A DNA stretch of 55,568 nucleotides from positions 1-55,568 of the forward strand of contig JBHIAC010000007.1 in NCBI GenBank assembly GCA_046758365.1, read 5' to 3'. A model generated the notes under the pieces. It was given only the letters and a program-made list of their open reading frames with translations. It was not told the DNA's origin and ran no database searches. Below are positions 21,185-31,330 of the stretch, in pieces. A program made the translations under genes and the position numbers. This DNA is from a bacterium. GTDB lineage: Bacteria; Zhuqueibacterota; Zhuqueibacteria; Oceanimicrobiales; Oceanimicrobiaceae. Numbering within the stretch: position 1 is the first letter of the stretch; each line of letters starts with the position of its first letter.

Positions 21185-21397
21185 ATGTCTGAAGCAGAAT
21201 TTGTTGATGTAAAGATATTAAAACAATATTATGATGTAGTAGAAAAAATTGTGGCCGCATCCAGCCAATATCAATCAGTTTCTGATTACATAAATTTTGT
21301 TTTGAAAGAAATGCTATCTCATGAAAGTAGAAATGGATATTCGAAGGAAGATGAAGAGGTTATCAGAAAGCGGCTTGAAGATTTGGGTTATATGTAA
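21185..21397 (+). CDS. Small CopG/ribbon-helix-helix-like protein with C-terminal RLEDLGY tail (70 aa)
   Basis: GGAGA RBS; VDVKI strand, SVSDYINFVLKE helix, EDEEVIRKRLEDLGYM; stop abuts the next start. Confidence 0.75.
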   Translation: MSEAEFVDVKILKQYYDVVEKIVAASSQYQSVSDYINFVLKEMLSHESRNGYSKEDEEVIRKRLEDLGYM

Positions 21398-22864
21398 ATG
21401 AAAGAAAAACGACCAAATGTGATTTTAGTCACTGTGGATTCGTTGCGGGCTGATCATTTGGGATGTTATGGTTATTCTAAATCGACTTCACCCAATTTAG
21501 ATCGTCTTGCGGAGGAGAGCTATCTTTTTACGAACGCTTTCTCTAATGGTCCCAATACCCCACATGCTTTTCCGGCTATAATGGCATCCCGATATTCTTT
21601 GATGTCCAACAGATTTGGACTTTTTGATGCGCCGGTGACTATGGCTGAAATTTTAAAATCAGCCGGATACACCACAGCAGGATTTATTGCTGCCAATCCG
21701 TGGATATCTCGATATTTTCAGTATCAGCGGGGTTTTGATATTTTTGAGGATTTTATTGATTTTATCTCAATTGCAGGAAATTTAGATATAAATTCAGAAA
21801 AACAACATACTTTGTTTCAAAAATCTTTGGATGGCATGGCGAATATAGCCAAGACTTTTATTCCTGAAAATACTAATATTTATCAGCTTCTGGAACATTG
21901 GAAAGTTTTTTTAAAAGGATATTCAAATATTCATCACAGTCTTGATAACAAAAGAGTTCTTCTCGAAAAATTCTATAACAAATTTTTCAACTGGATCGAC
22001 GCTAATACTCAATTTCCATTTTTTCTGTGGGTGCATTTGATGGACACCCATTATCCTTATAATCCATTAAATAGATTTATTGAAGAATTGAAGCTTGATG
22101 GAATTGATTATACCAGTGTTAAAAAAATTTCAGTGCATTTAAAGTATAGATTGGGATTGGATTCCAAAACTCTTCAACAAGCCTTGAATTTATATGATGG
22201 TACCATTAGAGAAGTGGATTTTCAACTGGGTCTATTTTTTGATCTTCTAAAATCTAAAGGATTATTTGAAGAATCCATAATTGTTTTTACCGCGGATCAT
22301 GGTGAAGAATTTAATGCTCACAATGGTTTATTGCATACAGCCAAACTTTATGATGAACTCATTCATGTGCCACTACTGATTAAAGTACCAGAATATGCTG
22401 GTGGCACAAAAATAGATTCGTTGATAAGTCATCTTGACCTACTACCAACCCTTTGTAGATTATTAAATTTGGAATATGGTACTGATAAGCTTCTGGGTAA
22501 TTCATTTGAGAAATCTCTAACTTCCAGGTTAGCTCAGCAAAATAGCTTTGTCCTCTCAGAGACAATATATGATGAAAAGGGGGAAGTACCGATTGATGAA
22601 TCGGTGTTTTATCTACAAACGGTGCCTAAATTATATGGATTAAGGACTTTCAACTGGAAGTTGATTCACGATTCGAAAAATGGTCCAACACATCTTTTCA
22701 ACTTAAAACAGGACCCAAAAGAGGAAGTTAATCTAATAAGAAACAAGCGAAATATAGCTTTAGGGTTGAATGAACTACTACAAGTTCACATCAAACAAGA
22801 GTATAAAAATTTGCTGAATACTAAGATCAGTTTAATTAAAGATAATTTGAAAAGCTCGACATAA
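21398..22864 (+). CDS. Sulfatase-like alkaline-phosphatase-superfamily protein, non-canonical active site
   Basis: PNVILVTVDSLRADH, HLMDTHYPY, TADHGEEF, HVPLLI, LFNLKQDPKE. GPNTPHAF occupies the place of C/S-x-P-x-R. Confidence 0.85.
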   Translation: MKEKRPNVILVTVDSLRADHLGCYGYSKSTSPNLDRLAEESYLFTNAFSNGPNTPHAFPAIMASRYSLMSNRFGLFDAPVTMAEILKSAGYTTAGFIAANPWISRYFQYQRGFDIFEDFIDFISIAGNLDINSEKQHTLFQKSLDGMANIAKTFIPENTNIYQLLEHWKVFLKGYSNIHHSLDNKRVLLEKFYNKFFNWIDANTQFPFFLWVHLMDTHYPYNPLNRFIEELKLDGIDYTSVKKISVHLKYRLGLDSKTLQQALNLYDGTIREVDFQLGLFFDLLKSKGLFEESIIVFTADHGEEFNAHNGLLHTAKLYDELIHVPLLIKVPEYAGGTKIDSLISHLDLLPTLCRLLNLEYGTDKLLGNSFEKSLTSRLAQQNSFVLSETIYDEKGEVPIDESVFYLQTVPKLYGLRTFNWKLIHDSKNGPTHLFNLKQDPKEEVNLIRNKRNIALGLNELLQVHIKQEYKNLLNTKISLIKDNLKSST

Positions 22865-22877
22865 TACTCTATTAGCT

Positions 22878-23450
22878 ATGACGAATCTTAAATCTATACC
22901 TGGATATGTGGATGTCTGGGATAATTACGATAGCGATTTGAACCGAAAGCGTTGGAATCTTCTTCTTGAATTTATCAAATTATCCCCTGAAGGCAAAATA
23001 TTAGACATTGGCGAACGGAATCCTTTCACCGAAATATTAGAACAGCATTTCAAAAGAAGAATTGAAAATACAGGGCTTCTTGATTTAGATACTGAAAAAT
23101 TGCAAGGTAGCTATAAGACCATTTTCTGTTTTGAGGTGATTGAACATTTAATGAACCCGCTTTTTTTCATGCGAAACTGCTTAGAAATTCTTGAAGACGA
23201 GAGTAAAATGTACATATCAACTCCCCTGAGAAAACCAGAGGTGTTAAGGGATAATGAAACCCATTTCAACGAGTACAGACCTAAAGAATTGCATAGATTA
23301 TTTAATAAAGCAGGGTTTAAGATAAATAGACTACGTATTGTAAGACACATTCCTTCAAGTTGGCTATTCAAGGGTATCCGACCGGCCCTCCGGTACTTGT
23401 TTTTCGGCCGCAACATTCAAGTTGAATTGAATAAAAAATTTAGTAATTAA
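22878..23450 (+). CDS. Methyltransferase-domain protein
   Basis: ILDIGE, CFEVIEHLMNP, ISTP, HFNEY. Confidence 0.75.
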   Translation: MTNLKSIPGYVDVWDNYDSDLNRKRWNLLLEFIKLSPEGKILDIGERNPFTEILEQHFKRRIENTGLLDLDTEKLQGSYKTIFCFEVIEHLMNPLFFMRNCLEILEDESKMYISTPLRKPEVLRDNETHFNEYRPKELHRLFNKAGFKINRLRIVRHIPSSWLFKGIRPALRYLFFGRNIQVELNKKFSN

Positions 23451-23458
23451 GCTAACTT

Positions 23459-24202
23459 ATGAAAGTCATAATCATAGCAGCCGGAAGTGGAAGCAGACTA
23501 AACAAACATAGCAGTGATATGCCTAAGACTCTTACTCCAATAGGTGAGCAAACAATTATCGATATAATCATCCAAACATTGAAAAAAGTTGGGATCAGAG
23601 AAATTGCATTGGTTTGTGGTTTTAAAAAAGAAATGCTAAAGGCTTATTTAGGAGATGGAAGCCCTCACGGTGTTAAACTCACTTACATCTTTAATCCGCA
23701 ATGGGAAAACCCCAATGGCATTTCTGTTTGGACCGCAAAAGACTTTGTTAAAAAGTACGAACCGTTTTTATTATTAATGAGTGATCATATATTTGATATA
23801 AAGATTGCTGATTTGATGGTGCAAGCACCCTTGGCAGAAGCGCAATTACTGTTAGCGGTGGACGCAAACCCTGAACGTGTCTTCGACATAGATGACGCTA
23901 TGAAGGTTCAGTTTATAGAGAAAAGAGGACGCAAATTGATTACAGCCATTGGAAAAAAATTGCCAGAGTATAACGGTATTGATTGTGGCCTGTTTAAATG
24001 CGACAGCGAAATATTTAGAGCTTTAGAAGCAAGTTTTGCAATGCGTAAATATGCACTCGCCGATGGATGCCGCGAAACGATAAAAAAGGAATCCTTTTTT
24101 GCCATAGATATTGGCGATGCTTTCTGGATCGATATTGATACACCTGAGTCTTTAGCTTATGCCCAAAAGCAAATATTAGAAAATAAAGAATTAAAGCGAT
24201 AG
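23459..24202 (+). CDS. Sugar/alcohol-phosphate cytidylyltransferase (IPCT/LicC-like NTP transferase)
   Basis: IIAAGSGSRL, PKTL, NGIS, LLMSDH, GIDCGLF, WIDIDTPE. Confidence 0.85.
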   Translation: MKVIIIAAGSGSRLNKHSSDMPKTLTPIGEQTIIDIIIQTLKKVGIREIALVCGFKKEMLKAYLGDGSPHGVKLTYIFNPQWENPNGISVWTAKDFVKKYEPFLLLMSDHIFDIKIADLMVQAPLAEAQLLLAVDANPERVFDIDDAMKVQFIEKRGRKLITAIGKKLPEYNGIDCGLFKCDSEIFRALEASFAMRKYALADGCRETIKKESFFAIDIGDAFWIDIDTPESLAYAQKQILENKELKR

Positions 24203-24203
24203 C

Positions 24204-25085
24204 ATGTTCCGAATTACTTTAAGAGAGGTCAAAGATTTCAAGTACAGAGTAAATCCTGAGGAGCGGCAGGGAAGCTACGGCTACTACTTCATGCGACGAT
24301 TGTCGCTGATTGTAACCTGGCTGCTTTTGAATTTAGGACTGTCGGCTAACCAGGTAACCTTATTGCAAATTATATCAGGAATACTGGGCTGCGTTTTTTT
24401 TGCCTTTCCCAAAACAGAATTCCTGCTGCTGGGTGTTTTATTTATGCAGTTGGGTTTTCTATTTGACAACGTGGATGGTGAAATTGCTCGGTTTCAAAAG
24501 CAGGTGAGTATGACAGGAAAATATTTGGATACCATTGGACACGAAATTGTTGTGCCATTCATGTTTTTTGGTTTAGCCGTAGGCTGCTACTTTAGAACCG
24601 GTAATTTAGAAGTCATTATTTTTGGATTTTTGGCAGGTCTGTTTGCCTTGAGGTTGGATATTGCAACACTCTATTTAGAGGCCGGCCAAATGCTGGAGTC
24701 ACAATTACAAAAATCTTTTGATTATTACTCCGATTTTAAGAAGCAGGGCATAGGCAGCCAAACAAAGTTAAGACTTTATAGACTAAAAAATGAAGCGTCT
24801 TTAAGTAGAATGATTTTTGCGCTATTCGCCTATCCTGGAATCATGAACATATTTTCTTTGGCAATATTTGTACAAATTTTTGTGTCTGATTTTAGAATTC
24901 TTAATCATCGAATGGAAATACTTTACATTTTGATCTTAGGGTATGGGACTATACTCCCGATTAGGCGAATTTATACCATTTGGAAATTAGTGTCTAACCG
25001 AGAAACAGAGCGGAAATATTTACAATTTAAAGAAAAAAGAAATTCTCTAACCATTGATGTGGCTGATAAAACTTCAGTTTCATAA
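24204..25085 (+). CDS. CDP-alcohol phosphatidyltransferase family protein
   Basis: SANQVT and DNVDGEIAR...GKYLD signature; multiple TM segments. Confidence 0.9.
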   Translation: MFRITLREVKDFKYRVNPEERQGSYGYYFMRRLSLIVTWLLLNLGLSANQVTLLQIISGILGCVFFAFPKTEFLLLGVLFMQLGFLFDNVDGEIARFQKQVSMTGKYLDTIGHEIVVPFMFFGLAVGCYFRTGNLEVIIFGFLAGLFALRLDIATLYLEAGQMLESQLQKSFDYYSDFKKQGIGSQTKLRLYRLKNEASLSRMIFALFAYPGIMNIFSLAIFVQIFVSDFRILNHRMEILYILILGYGTILPIRRIYTIWKLVSNRETERKYLQFKEKRNSLTIDVADKTSVS

Positions 25086-25101
25086 TTAAGGAAATCTTTT
25101 C

Positions 25102-27678
25102 ATGACTAAGAAATCAAAGAAAAAATTAAAAGCCAAAGTTAAACCCAAACCAAAACAATGGGATTTGAATACATTCATGGACAAATACGCCAATGCAATT
25201 GCTTTGGGTATTTTTTTTGTATTGATTTTTATCTTCTTTTATGATGTATTATTCAACGAAAATACTTTTATGGCTCCGGATACCAAAGCTCCTACGGCTT
25301 TATCAAAGCCTTTAAACAAAGCACTCTGGGAAAATCACAGTTATCCTCAATGGATGCCTTACATTTTCAGTGGTATGCCATCCTTTGGCAGTTTGATGTT
25401 TACCCCATTTGTTTATATACCGTACCTTATGTTGAAATTGATACATATAATACTACCATTATCTGGACTATTTAATCACATTGTACACTATCCTTTGGCT
25501 GGTATTGGAGTCTTTATTTTTTTAAGGTCAAAAGGAGTTAATTTCTGGGGTGGATTGGTAGGCGGCATTACCTTTATGTTTACGCCGTTTTTAATTACCA
25601 TGGAGGTTTTTGGACACGGCGGCCAAATGATGACTGCAACCTATATTCCACTGGCGATCTGGGCTGTGGATCAATTGCTGCAAAAAAGAAATCTACTCTA
25701 TTTGGGGATTGTCGCTTTGGTGATTGGTCTCCAGTTGCAAAGAGGCCATGTTCAGATTGTTTATTATACCTGGATGGCGATAGGACTGTATGCTCTTTAT
25801 TTTTTTATTCGGAAGTGGCGAATTGAAAATGAAATCAAAGGGGTTTTAAAATCACTGACTCATCTAAGTATTGCTCTCGCTTTGGCTTTTGGATTAGCTG
25901 CAATTTTATATTTTTCAATTTACGAATATACACCATATTCAATACGTGGAGGTGGTAGTGCCGCGAAAGCTTTAGGAGGTGGAGGCGTGGGTTTTGACTA
26001 TGCCACCCAATGGTCATTTCATCCTAAAGAAATGTTGACTTTTTTGATGCCTTCATTTTTCGGTTTTGGTGGTCAGACTTACTGGGGCGCTATGCCCTTT
26101 ACAGATTATCCAAATTATATGGGCATACTGCCGCTCCTGTTGGCAATTTTTGCTTTTGTATATAAGCGAAGAGTAACCACAGGATATTTTGCTACATTAA
26201 TTATTATCTCTTTAATGATTTCCTTTGGAAAACATTTTTCACCTTTATATAATTTACTCTACAATTATTTACCCTTTTTCAACAAATTCCGTGTTCCTGT
26301 AATGATTCTTATTTTAGTTCAATTTTCCGTAGCGGTATTAGCAGGTATGGGCTTTCAAAATTTGATAGAATTAACCCAACGAGAGGTCAAGGAAGTAAAG
26401 AATAACAAAATCATTGCAAATAAAATATTTAAAATTTCAGCGTTGGTTGTTGCTGTTTTAGTAGGACTTGTTTTAATAGGTACGCTATTTAAGGATGCAT
26501 TTTTTAAATTTATGAGTAGCTTATATCCAATCAAGTATCAACTTAATGTTCAGCAACAGTTAAACCAATTGCGTTTTGATATGTTGATGAAAGATATGTG
26601 GATTATGATACTTTTTTTGGGTGTTGGTCTGGCTCTAATTTGGTGGCGGATGAAAAGAAATTTGCGCACAATATCTTTTGGCTTAATTTTAGCGTTTCTT
26701 ACTCTGATTGATCTCTGGATTGTAGATTACAAACTTAACAAACCCGTTCCAGAGAAGTCGATAGAAGCATATCTGTCGCCTGATGAAACGATTAATTTTT
26801 TAAAGCAGGATAAGGACTTATTTCGTATTTTCCCTCTACAACCTCTATTTGGTGAAAATAGATGGGCGGCTCATGAGATCGCCACCATTGGAGGGTACTA
26901 TCCCGCAAAATTAAAACTCTATCAAAATTTCATGGATCATCTGAACCTAGCTAATGGCTTTGCATCTAAGTATTACAGGGCTCAAATCAAAAATGGGCAA
27001 GAGTCATATTTTCCTTTAACGGAAGATCAATTACCTCAAAGGGAGCGACAGGTGCATTTAACGGCTCTGAATATGCTTAACGTAAAATATATTGTTACAC
27101 CATTCCAAATTCCAGAACCAGATTTTGTACAACTAAAATCCACCCAGATGATTTTTCGAGGTCAGCTCTATAATATGTTCATTTACCAAAACAATAATTT
27201 TCTTCCCAGGGCTTTTCTTATTGGAAACATTCAAGTGGTAGCAAATGAGGATGCGGCCATGGAAATACTAAAGTCAGGTGAGTTTGATCCAAGTCGAACA
27301 GCAATTCTTGAAGAAACTCCAGAAATAACACCTCAAAGTAAAGGAGAAGGATCAGTACAAATTACCGAATATCAATTGAACAAAATAAAAATAAAATCAT
27401 CTACCGATACAGCAAAACTGTTAGTATTGAGTGAAATTTACTACCCCAAAGGGTGGAAAGCTTATATTGATGGGCAGCCAACAAAAATTTATAAAACTAA
27501 TTATATGTTTCGTTCCGTAATGGTTCCAGCCGGAAGTCATGAGGTGGAATTTAATTTCGATTCTGCTGCGTTTAAAGCGGGATTGACTATAAGTGGTATT
27601 AGCTGGTTTACTGTTCTTGCTATATTAGGGTTGGGAATTGTGCAAAGACGCAAACGAAAAGATTTAAACTTAAATTGA
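25102..27678 (+). CDS. YfhO-family GT-C membrane glycosyltransferase
   Basis: PQWMPYIFSGMP, GHVQIVYY, FNKFRVP, LSEIYYPKGWKAYIDG, NYMFRSVMVPAGSHEVEF. Confidence 0.87.
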   Translation: MTKKSKKKLKAKVKPKPKQWDLNTFMDKYANAIALGIFFVLIFIFFYDVLFNENTFMAPDTKAPTALSKPLNKALWENHSYPQWMPYIFSGMPSFGSLMFTPFVYIPYLMLKLIHIILPLSGLFNHIVHYPLAGIGVFIFLRSKGVNFWGGLVGGITFMFTPFLITMEVFGHGGQMMTATYIPLAIWAVDQLLQKRNLLYLGIVALVIGLQLQRGHVQIVYYTWMAIGLYALYFFIRKWRIENEIKGVLKSLTHLSIALALAFGLAAILYFSIYEYTPYSIRGGGSAAKALGGGGVGFDYATQWSFHPKEMLTFLMPSFFGFGGQTYWGAMPFTDYPNYMGILPLLLAIFAFVYKRRVTTGYFATLIIISLMISFGKHFSPLYNLLYNYLPFFNKFRVPVMILILVQFSVAVLAGMGFQNLIELTQREVKEVKNNKIIANKIFKISALVVAVLVGLVLIGTLFKDAFFKFMSSLYPIKYQLNVQQQLNQLRFDMLMKDMWIMILFLGVGLALIWWRMKRNLRTISFGLILAFLTLIDLWIVDYKLNKPVPEKSIEAYLSPDETINFLKQDKDLFRIFPLQPLFGENRWAAHEIATIGGYYPAKLKLYQNFMDHLNLANGFASKYYRAQIKNGQESYFPLTEDQLPQRERQVHLTALNMLNVKYIVTPFQIPEPDFVQLKSTQMIFRGQLYNMFIYQNNNFLPRAFLIGNIQVVANEDAAMEILKSGEFDPSRTAILEETPEITPQSKGEGSVQITEYQLNKIKIKSSTDTAKLLVLSEIYYPKGWKAYIDGQPTKIYKTNYMFRSVMVPAGSHEVEFNFDSAAFKAGLTISGISWFTVLAILGLGIVQRRKRKDLNLN

Positions 27679-27696
27679 ACGATTTTTCCTGCCGGG

Positions 27697-27769
27697 GGAA
27701 GTTCGGGGTTCAAGCTTTAGCTTGCAGTGGCAGGCGTGAATACCACGCTAAAGCGTGGACACCCAACGT
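27697..27769. repeat. REP-like palindromic element downstream of yfhO
   Basis: gttcggggttCAAGCTTTAGCTTG...CCACGCTAAAGCGTGGacacccaac: two internal hairpins in inverted arrangement. Confidence 0.55.
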
Positions 27770-27946
27770 TCTTTATGCCTAATCTCGTTTGTGAAACAAT
27801 TTTAGGCAGAATCGCTCAATTTAGGTTAAAATAAAAAAGAAATTTAATACTTAATAGCTAATATATTTTTCATTAGGCAAGAAGCTTAGCTTTTGGGTTA
27901 ATGCAGTATAACCAAGATTCGATTTACAATAAATAATTTGAGATTA

Positions 27947-29131
27947 ATGAGAATCAACCTTTATTTTTTAAGAGGCCGCTTCAAAGGGTTACTATTTATA
28001 TTTGCCATTTTAATAATCATTTTTCTATTGTTTTACACCCAGCGGATTGTAGGTACCCTTAGAGTGGAAGCGAGAGAAATTTTACTTTTTTATACCCAGC
28101 TTTATGCCAGAGCTGCGTCATCTGAAACTGATACGGATTTAAATTTCATTTTTGAACAGATCATTCAGCGTACTAATTTTCCCATTATTCAGTCCGATTC
28201 TGAAGGCAATCCTACGGCTTGGAAAGGTATTGGCATAGATCCAAACGATCGTTCCCCTGAAGCCGTTGAGAAAGTCAGAAAAATGATTAATGTCATGAAA
28301 CGAGAGGCAGATCCAATTCCTTTAAAATATGAGGAATATTTATTAGGTTATCTTTATTATGGTGATTCAAAATTGATTAAGCAGCTTCAAATGCTGCCCT
28401 ACATTGAAATTGCTGTTGTTAGTATGTTTATTTTGGTGGGCTTTTTAGGTTTTCGAAGCATACAGCGAAGTGAACAACAGTTCATCTGGGTAGGGATGTC
28501 CAAAGAGACGGCCCATCAGATTGGAACGCCCCTATCATCTCTCATGGGTTGGCTAGAAATTATTAAAGCCAAGTTACTGGATAAAGAAACTAAAAAAACC
28601 GTTATTGAAATGGAAAAAGATATAGAACGCTTAAATAAAATCACCGCTCGATTTTCTCAGATTGGTTCAAAAGCAGATTTGAAAGAATCAAATGTGGCAA
28701 CAATGATTTCTGAAGTTGTTAAATATTTTAAGCAGCGGTTACCACAGTGGGGTAAGAAGGTAACTATTGTAGAGAATTATCAGACTGCTACCAAAGTGGC
28801 AATCAATAAAGATCTTTTTGAATGGGTAATTGAAAACTTGGTCAAAAATTCACTCGATGCCTTGGAAAAGGATATGGGAAGAATTGAAATCTGTTTAGGC
28901 GAGTTGAAAAACAGTAAACACAAAATCTTTATTGATATTTCTGATAACGGTCGGGGCATTGAGGTTTCAAAAAAAGGAGATATTTTTAAGCCAGGGTACA
29001 GTACTAAAAAACGGGGTTGGGGACTTGGCTTGAGCCTGGCAAAACGTATCGTGGAAGATTATCATGGTGGTAAACTCCTTATTAAAGAAACACGGGCGGG
29101 ACATGGGACCACCATGAGAATTATTCTTTGA
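27947..29131 (+). CDS. Membrane sensor histidine kinase
   Basis: Two TM helices; H-box ETAHQIGTPLSSL, N-box ENLVKNSLDA, DNGRGI, GWGLGL. Confidence 0.93.
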   Translation: MRINLYFLRGRFKGLLFIFAILIIIFLLFYTQRIVGTLRVEAREILLFYTQLYARAASSETDTDLNFIFEQIIQRTNFPIIQSDSEGNPTAWKGIGIDPNDRSPEAVEKVRKMINVMKREADPIPLKYEEYLLGYLYYGDSKLIKQLQMLPYIEIAVVSMFILVGFLGFRSIQRSEQQFIWVGMSKETAHQIGTPLSSLMGWLEIIKAKLLDKETKKTVIEMEKDIERLNKITARFSQIGSKADLKESNVATMISEVVKYFKQRLPQWGKKVTIVENYQTATKVAINKDLFEWVIENLVKNSLDALEKDMGRIEICLGELKNSKHKIFIDISDNGRGIEVSKKGDIFKPGYSTKKRGWGLGLSLAKRIVEDYHGGKLLIKETRAGHGTTMRIIL

Positions 29132-29353
29132 AATGCAAAACTATAAACTTAATTTTAGTATTTAAATGATTATTTTTATTTTTTATATAAAAGATTTTTA
29201 GGTGTTAGGAACAAATTACTGTAAATATTTATTAAATATTTGTATATTATACTTGAAGTAAAAGAGTTGTTTTATACTCTTTTATCCAAATCTTAATTAA
29301 GAGGAGAGCAAAACCCTAAGTAGTTTTTATAATCATTAACCTTTAATTTTACA

Positions 29354-30052
29354 ATGTTCAATTTACCCTTTAGTACAAATCTTGTTATCTATATCTCTTT
29401 GACCTTATTGCTTCTTGGAATTTTCTCCCTTCTATTTTTCATAATTAATCGAATACGAAGAACGGTTCAGCGATTTCGACACAAAGAAATCAAGCGGATC
29501 AGTTTAACGCAAAGTACTTTTCGATTTATAGTAATCCTTTTTTGGATATCCGTTTCGTGTGCAAGTTTATTTTTAGCTGCCTTTATTCAGTCTTATCAAA
29601 GTTTTACTAGAGTAAAATTAGTAGCTATAGTCCGGTGTCTACTATTAGAGAAAGCTAATAGTATGCAGTTGGAACTAACATCAATTAAAGCTGGACATAT
29701 TGGAATTACAGAACGATTTAATTTAAACGGAGATCAATGGGCAGTCGAAGGCGATATTCTAAAATGGAATGACTGGCTGAACTTCGTGGGGATGCACACG
29801 ATGTTTAAATTGACAAGAGTTAGGGGTAGGTATCTAACGACACAAGATGAAATCAGCCATTCCCCCAGCGTTTACAGCTTAGTTGAGGATGAAGAAAATC
29901 CTAATTGGCGCTGGCTATATAAATATGGTCATAAACTGCCTTTTGTAACAGCCGTGTACGGCAACACAGTCTTTACATATCCTTCCAAAGACAACGTTTA
30001 TGAAATATACGTGACCACCTCAGGATTTATTGCAAAGATTAGAGAAGAATAG
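29354..30052 (+). CDS. Hypothetical membrane protein (2 N-terminal TM helices + soluble domain)
   Basis: 232-aa ORF co-oriented with neighbours; GDQWAVEGDILKW...LTRVRGRY looks like a conserved motif. Confidence 0.7.
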   Translation: MFNLPFSTNLVIYISLTLLLLGIFSLLFFIINRIRRTVQRFRHKEIKRISLTQSTFRFIVILFWISVSCASLFLAAFIQSYQSFTRVKLVAIVRCLLLEKANSMQLELTSIKAGHIGITERFNLNGDQWAVEGDILKWNDWLNFVGMHTMFKLTRVRGRYLTTQDEISHSPSVYSLVEDEENPNWRWLYKYGHKLPFVTAVYGNTVFTYPSKDNVYEIYVTTSGFIAKIREE

Positions 30053-30131
30053 AACTTGCTGCATTTAATTTTTAGATTTCCCTTAATCAAAATTTTCGAA
30101 TGACTCTGTTAGTATAGGATCCAGAAAAATA

Positions 30132-31088
30132 ATGCAGATTGATCTTTCCATAATAATAGTCACTTACAATAGCGAGGATACTATTGTAGATTGCATTCAG
30201 TCCATTTATGACCTTACTGATGGGATAACTTATGAAATCATTGTAGTAGACAACGCTTCCTCTGATAATACCGAAAAAATTGTCAGGGAGAAATTTCGTT
30301 CTCTATATATTATACAAACGGGAGCTAACCTTGGATTTGCGGCTGCATGCAACATCGGTATGAAAAAGAGCGTTGGAATACATATTATTCTCTTAAATCC
30401 GGATACGCAATTGATGAATAATGCACTTTTCATTATGTCAAAATTTTTACAGGATCATACAGAGGCGGGAGCCGTGGGTGGTCTACTTATGCAAGACGAA
30501 GTTACTCCTCAACGATCTTATAATTTAGCATTTCCGTCAGCAGCGCAGGCTTTATTTGATACAACTGGACTCTCGAAATTATTTCCAGGTAAAATACCAT
30601 CCCTTGGAATCATTCCCAGCATGAACGATCTTAAAAGAATGCAAGTTAGCTACATCCCCGGGGCAGACTTGATGTTCCGCAGAACCGAATTGAAAAAAAT
30701 TGGATATTTTGATGAGCGCTTTTTTATGTTTGCTGAAGATAGTGATTGGTGTTTCAGGTTAATCAAGGAAACTGGATTAAGAGTTTTTTTCTTGCCAGAT
30801 GCGAAAATTAAGCACATCTTAGGCGCCAGTGCAGGTCAGCGTTCAACAACCCGAGCAAGAATGAACTTAAAGAGTTATTATAGATTTATAAAAAAAAATT
30901 ATGGCTTAATCAATTTGTTAATAACCAGATTTATTTATATAGTGGTTTATAAGTTGAAGATTTTACTCGCTATTCTTAGATATTGTTTTCAGTTTAAAAG
31001 AAGAAGCTACTGGAAGGCAGAAATTCAATATTATGGAGCTCTTTTGAAAGTGAGTTGCTTGCCAGATCGTGCAATCACATATATTTAG
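30132..31088 (+). CDS. GT2 glycosyltransferase (WbbL-like)
   Basis: IIVTYNS, VDNASSD, NLGFAAACN, LLNPDT, FMFAEDSDWC. Confidence 0.9.
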   Translation: MQIDLSIIIVTYNSEDTIVDCIQSIYDLTDGITYEIIVVDNASSDNTEKIVREKFRSLYIIQTGANLGFAAACNIGMKKSVGIHIILLNPDTQLMNNALFIMSKFLQDHTEAGAVGGLLMQDEVTPQRSYNLAFPSAAQALFDTTGLSKLFPGKIPSLGIIPSMNDLKRMQVSYIPGADLMFRRTELKKIGYFDERFFMFAEDSDWCFRLIKETGLRVFFLPDAKIKHILGASAGQRSTTRARMNLKSYYRFIKKNYGLINLLITRFIYIVVYKLKILLAILRYCFQFKRRSYWKAEIQYYGALLKVSCLPDRAITYI

Positions 31089-31330
31089 GGGCTGAATTTA
31101 ACAAAAGAAGCCGAATAATTGTTTAAATAGATACTGTTCAATGTTACCACAATATTTTTGTAGTAATTTAGGTTCTTCCGATAATCAGTAGCAAATAATA
31201 AGTATTTCTTCATCCTGAGCGAATCCGAAGGATGACATTTGAAGATTATTGATTTTTTAAAAAAGCTTATTATAGTGTCATTTGGCTCCATTAACTTATT
31301 ATTCAAGAGATTAATACAAACAATATTTTG

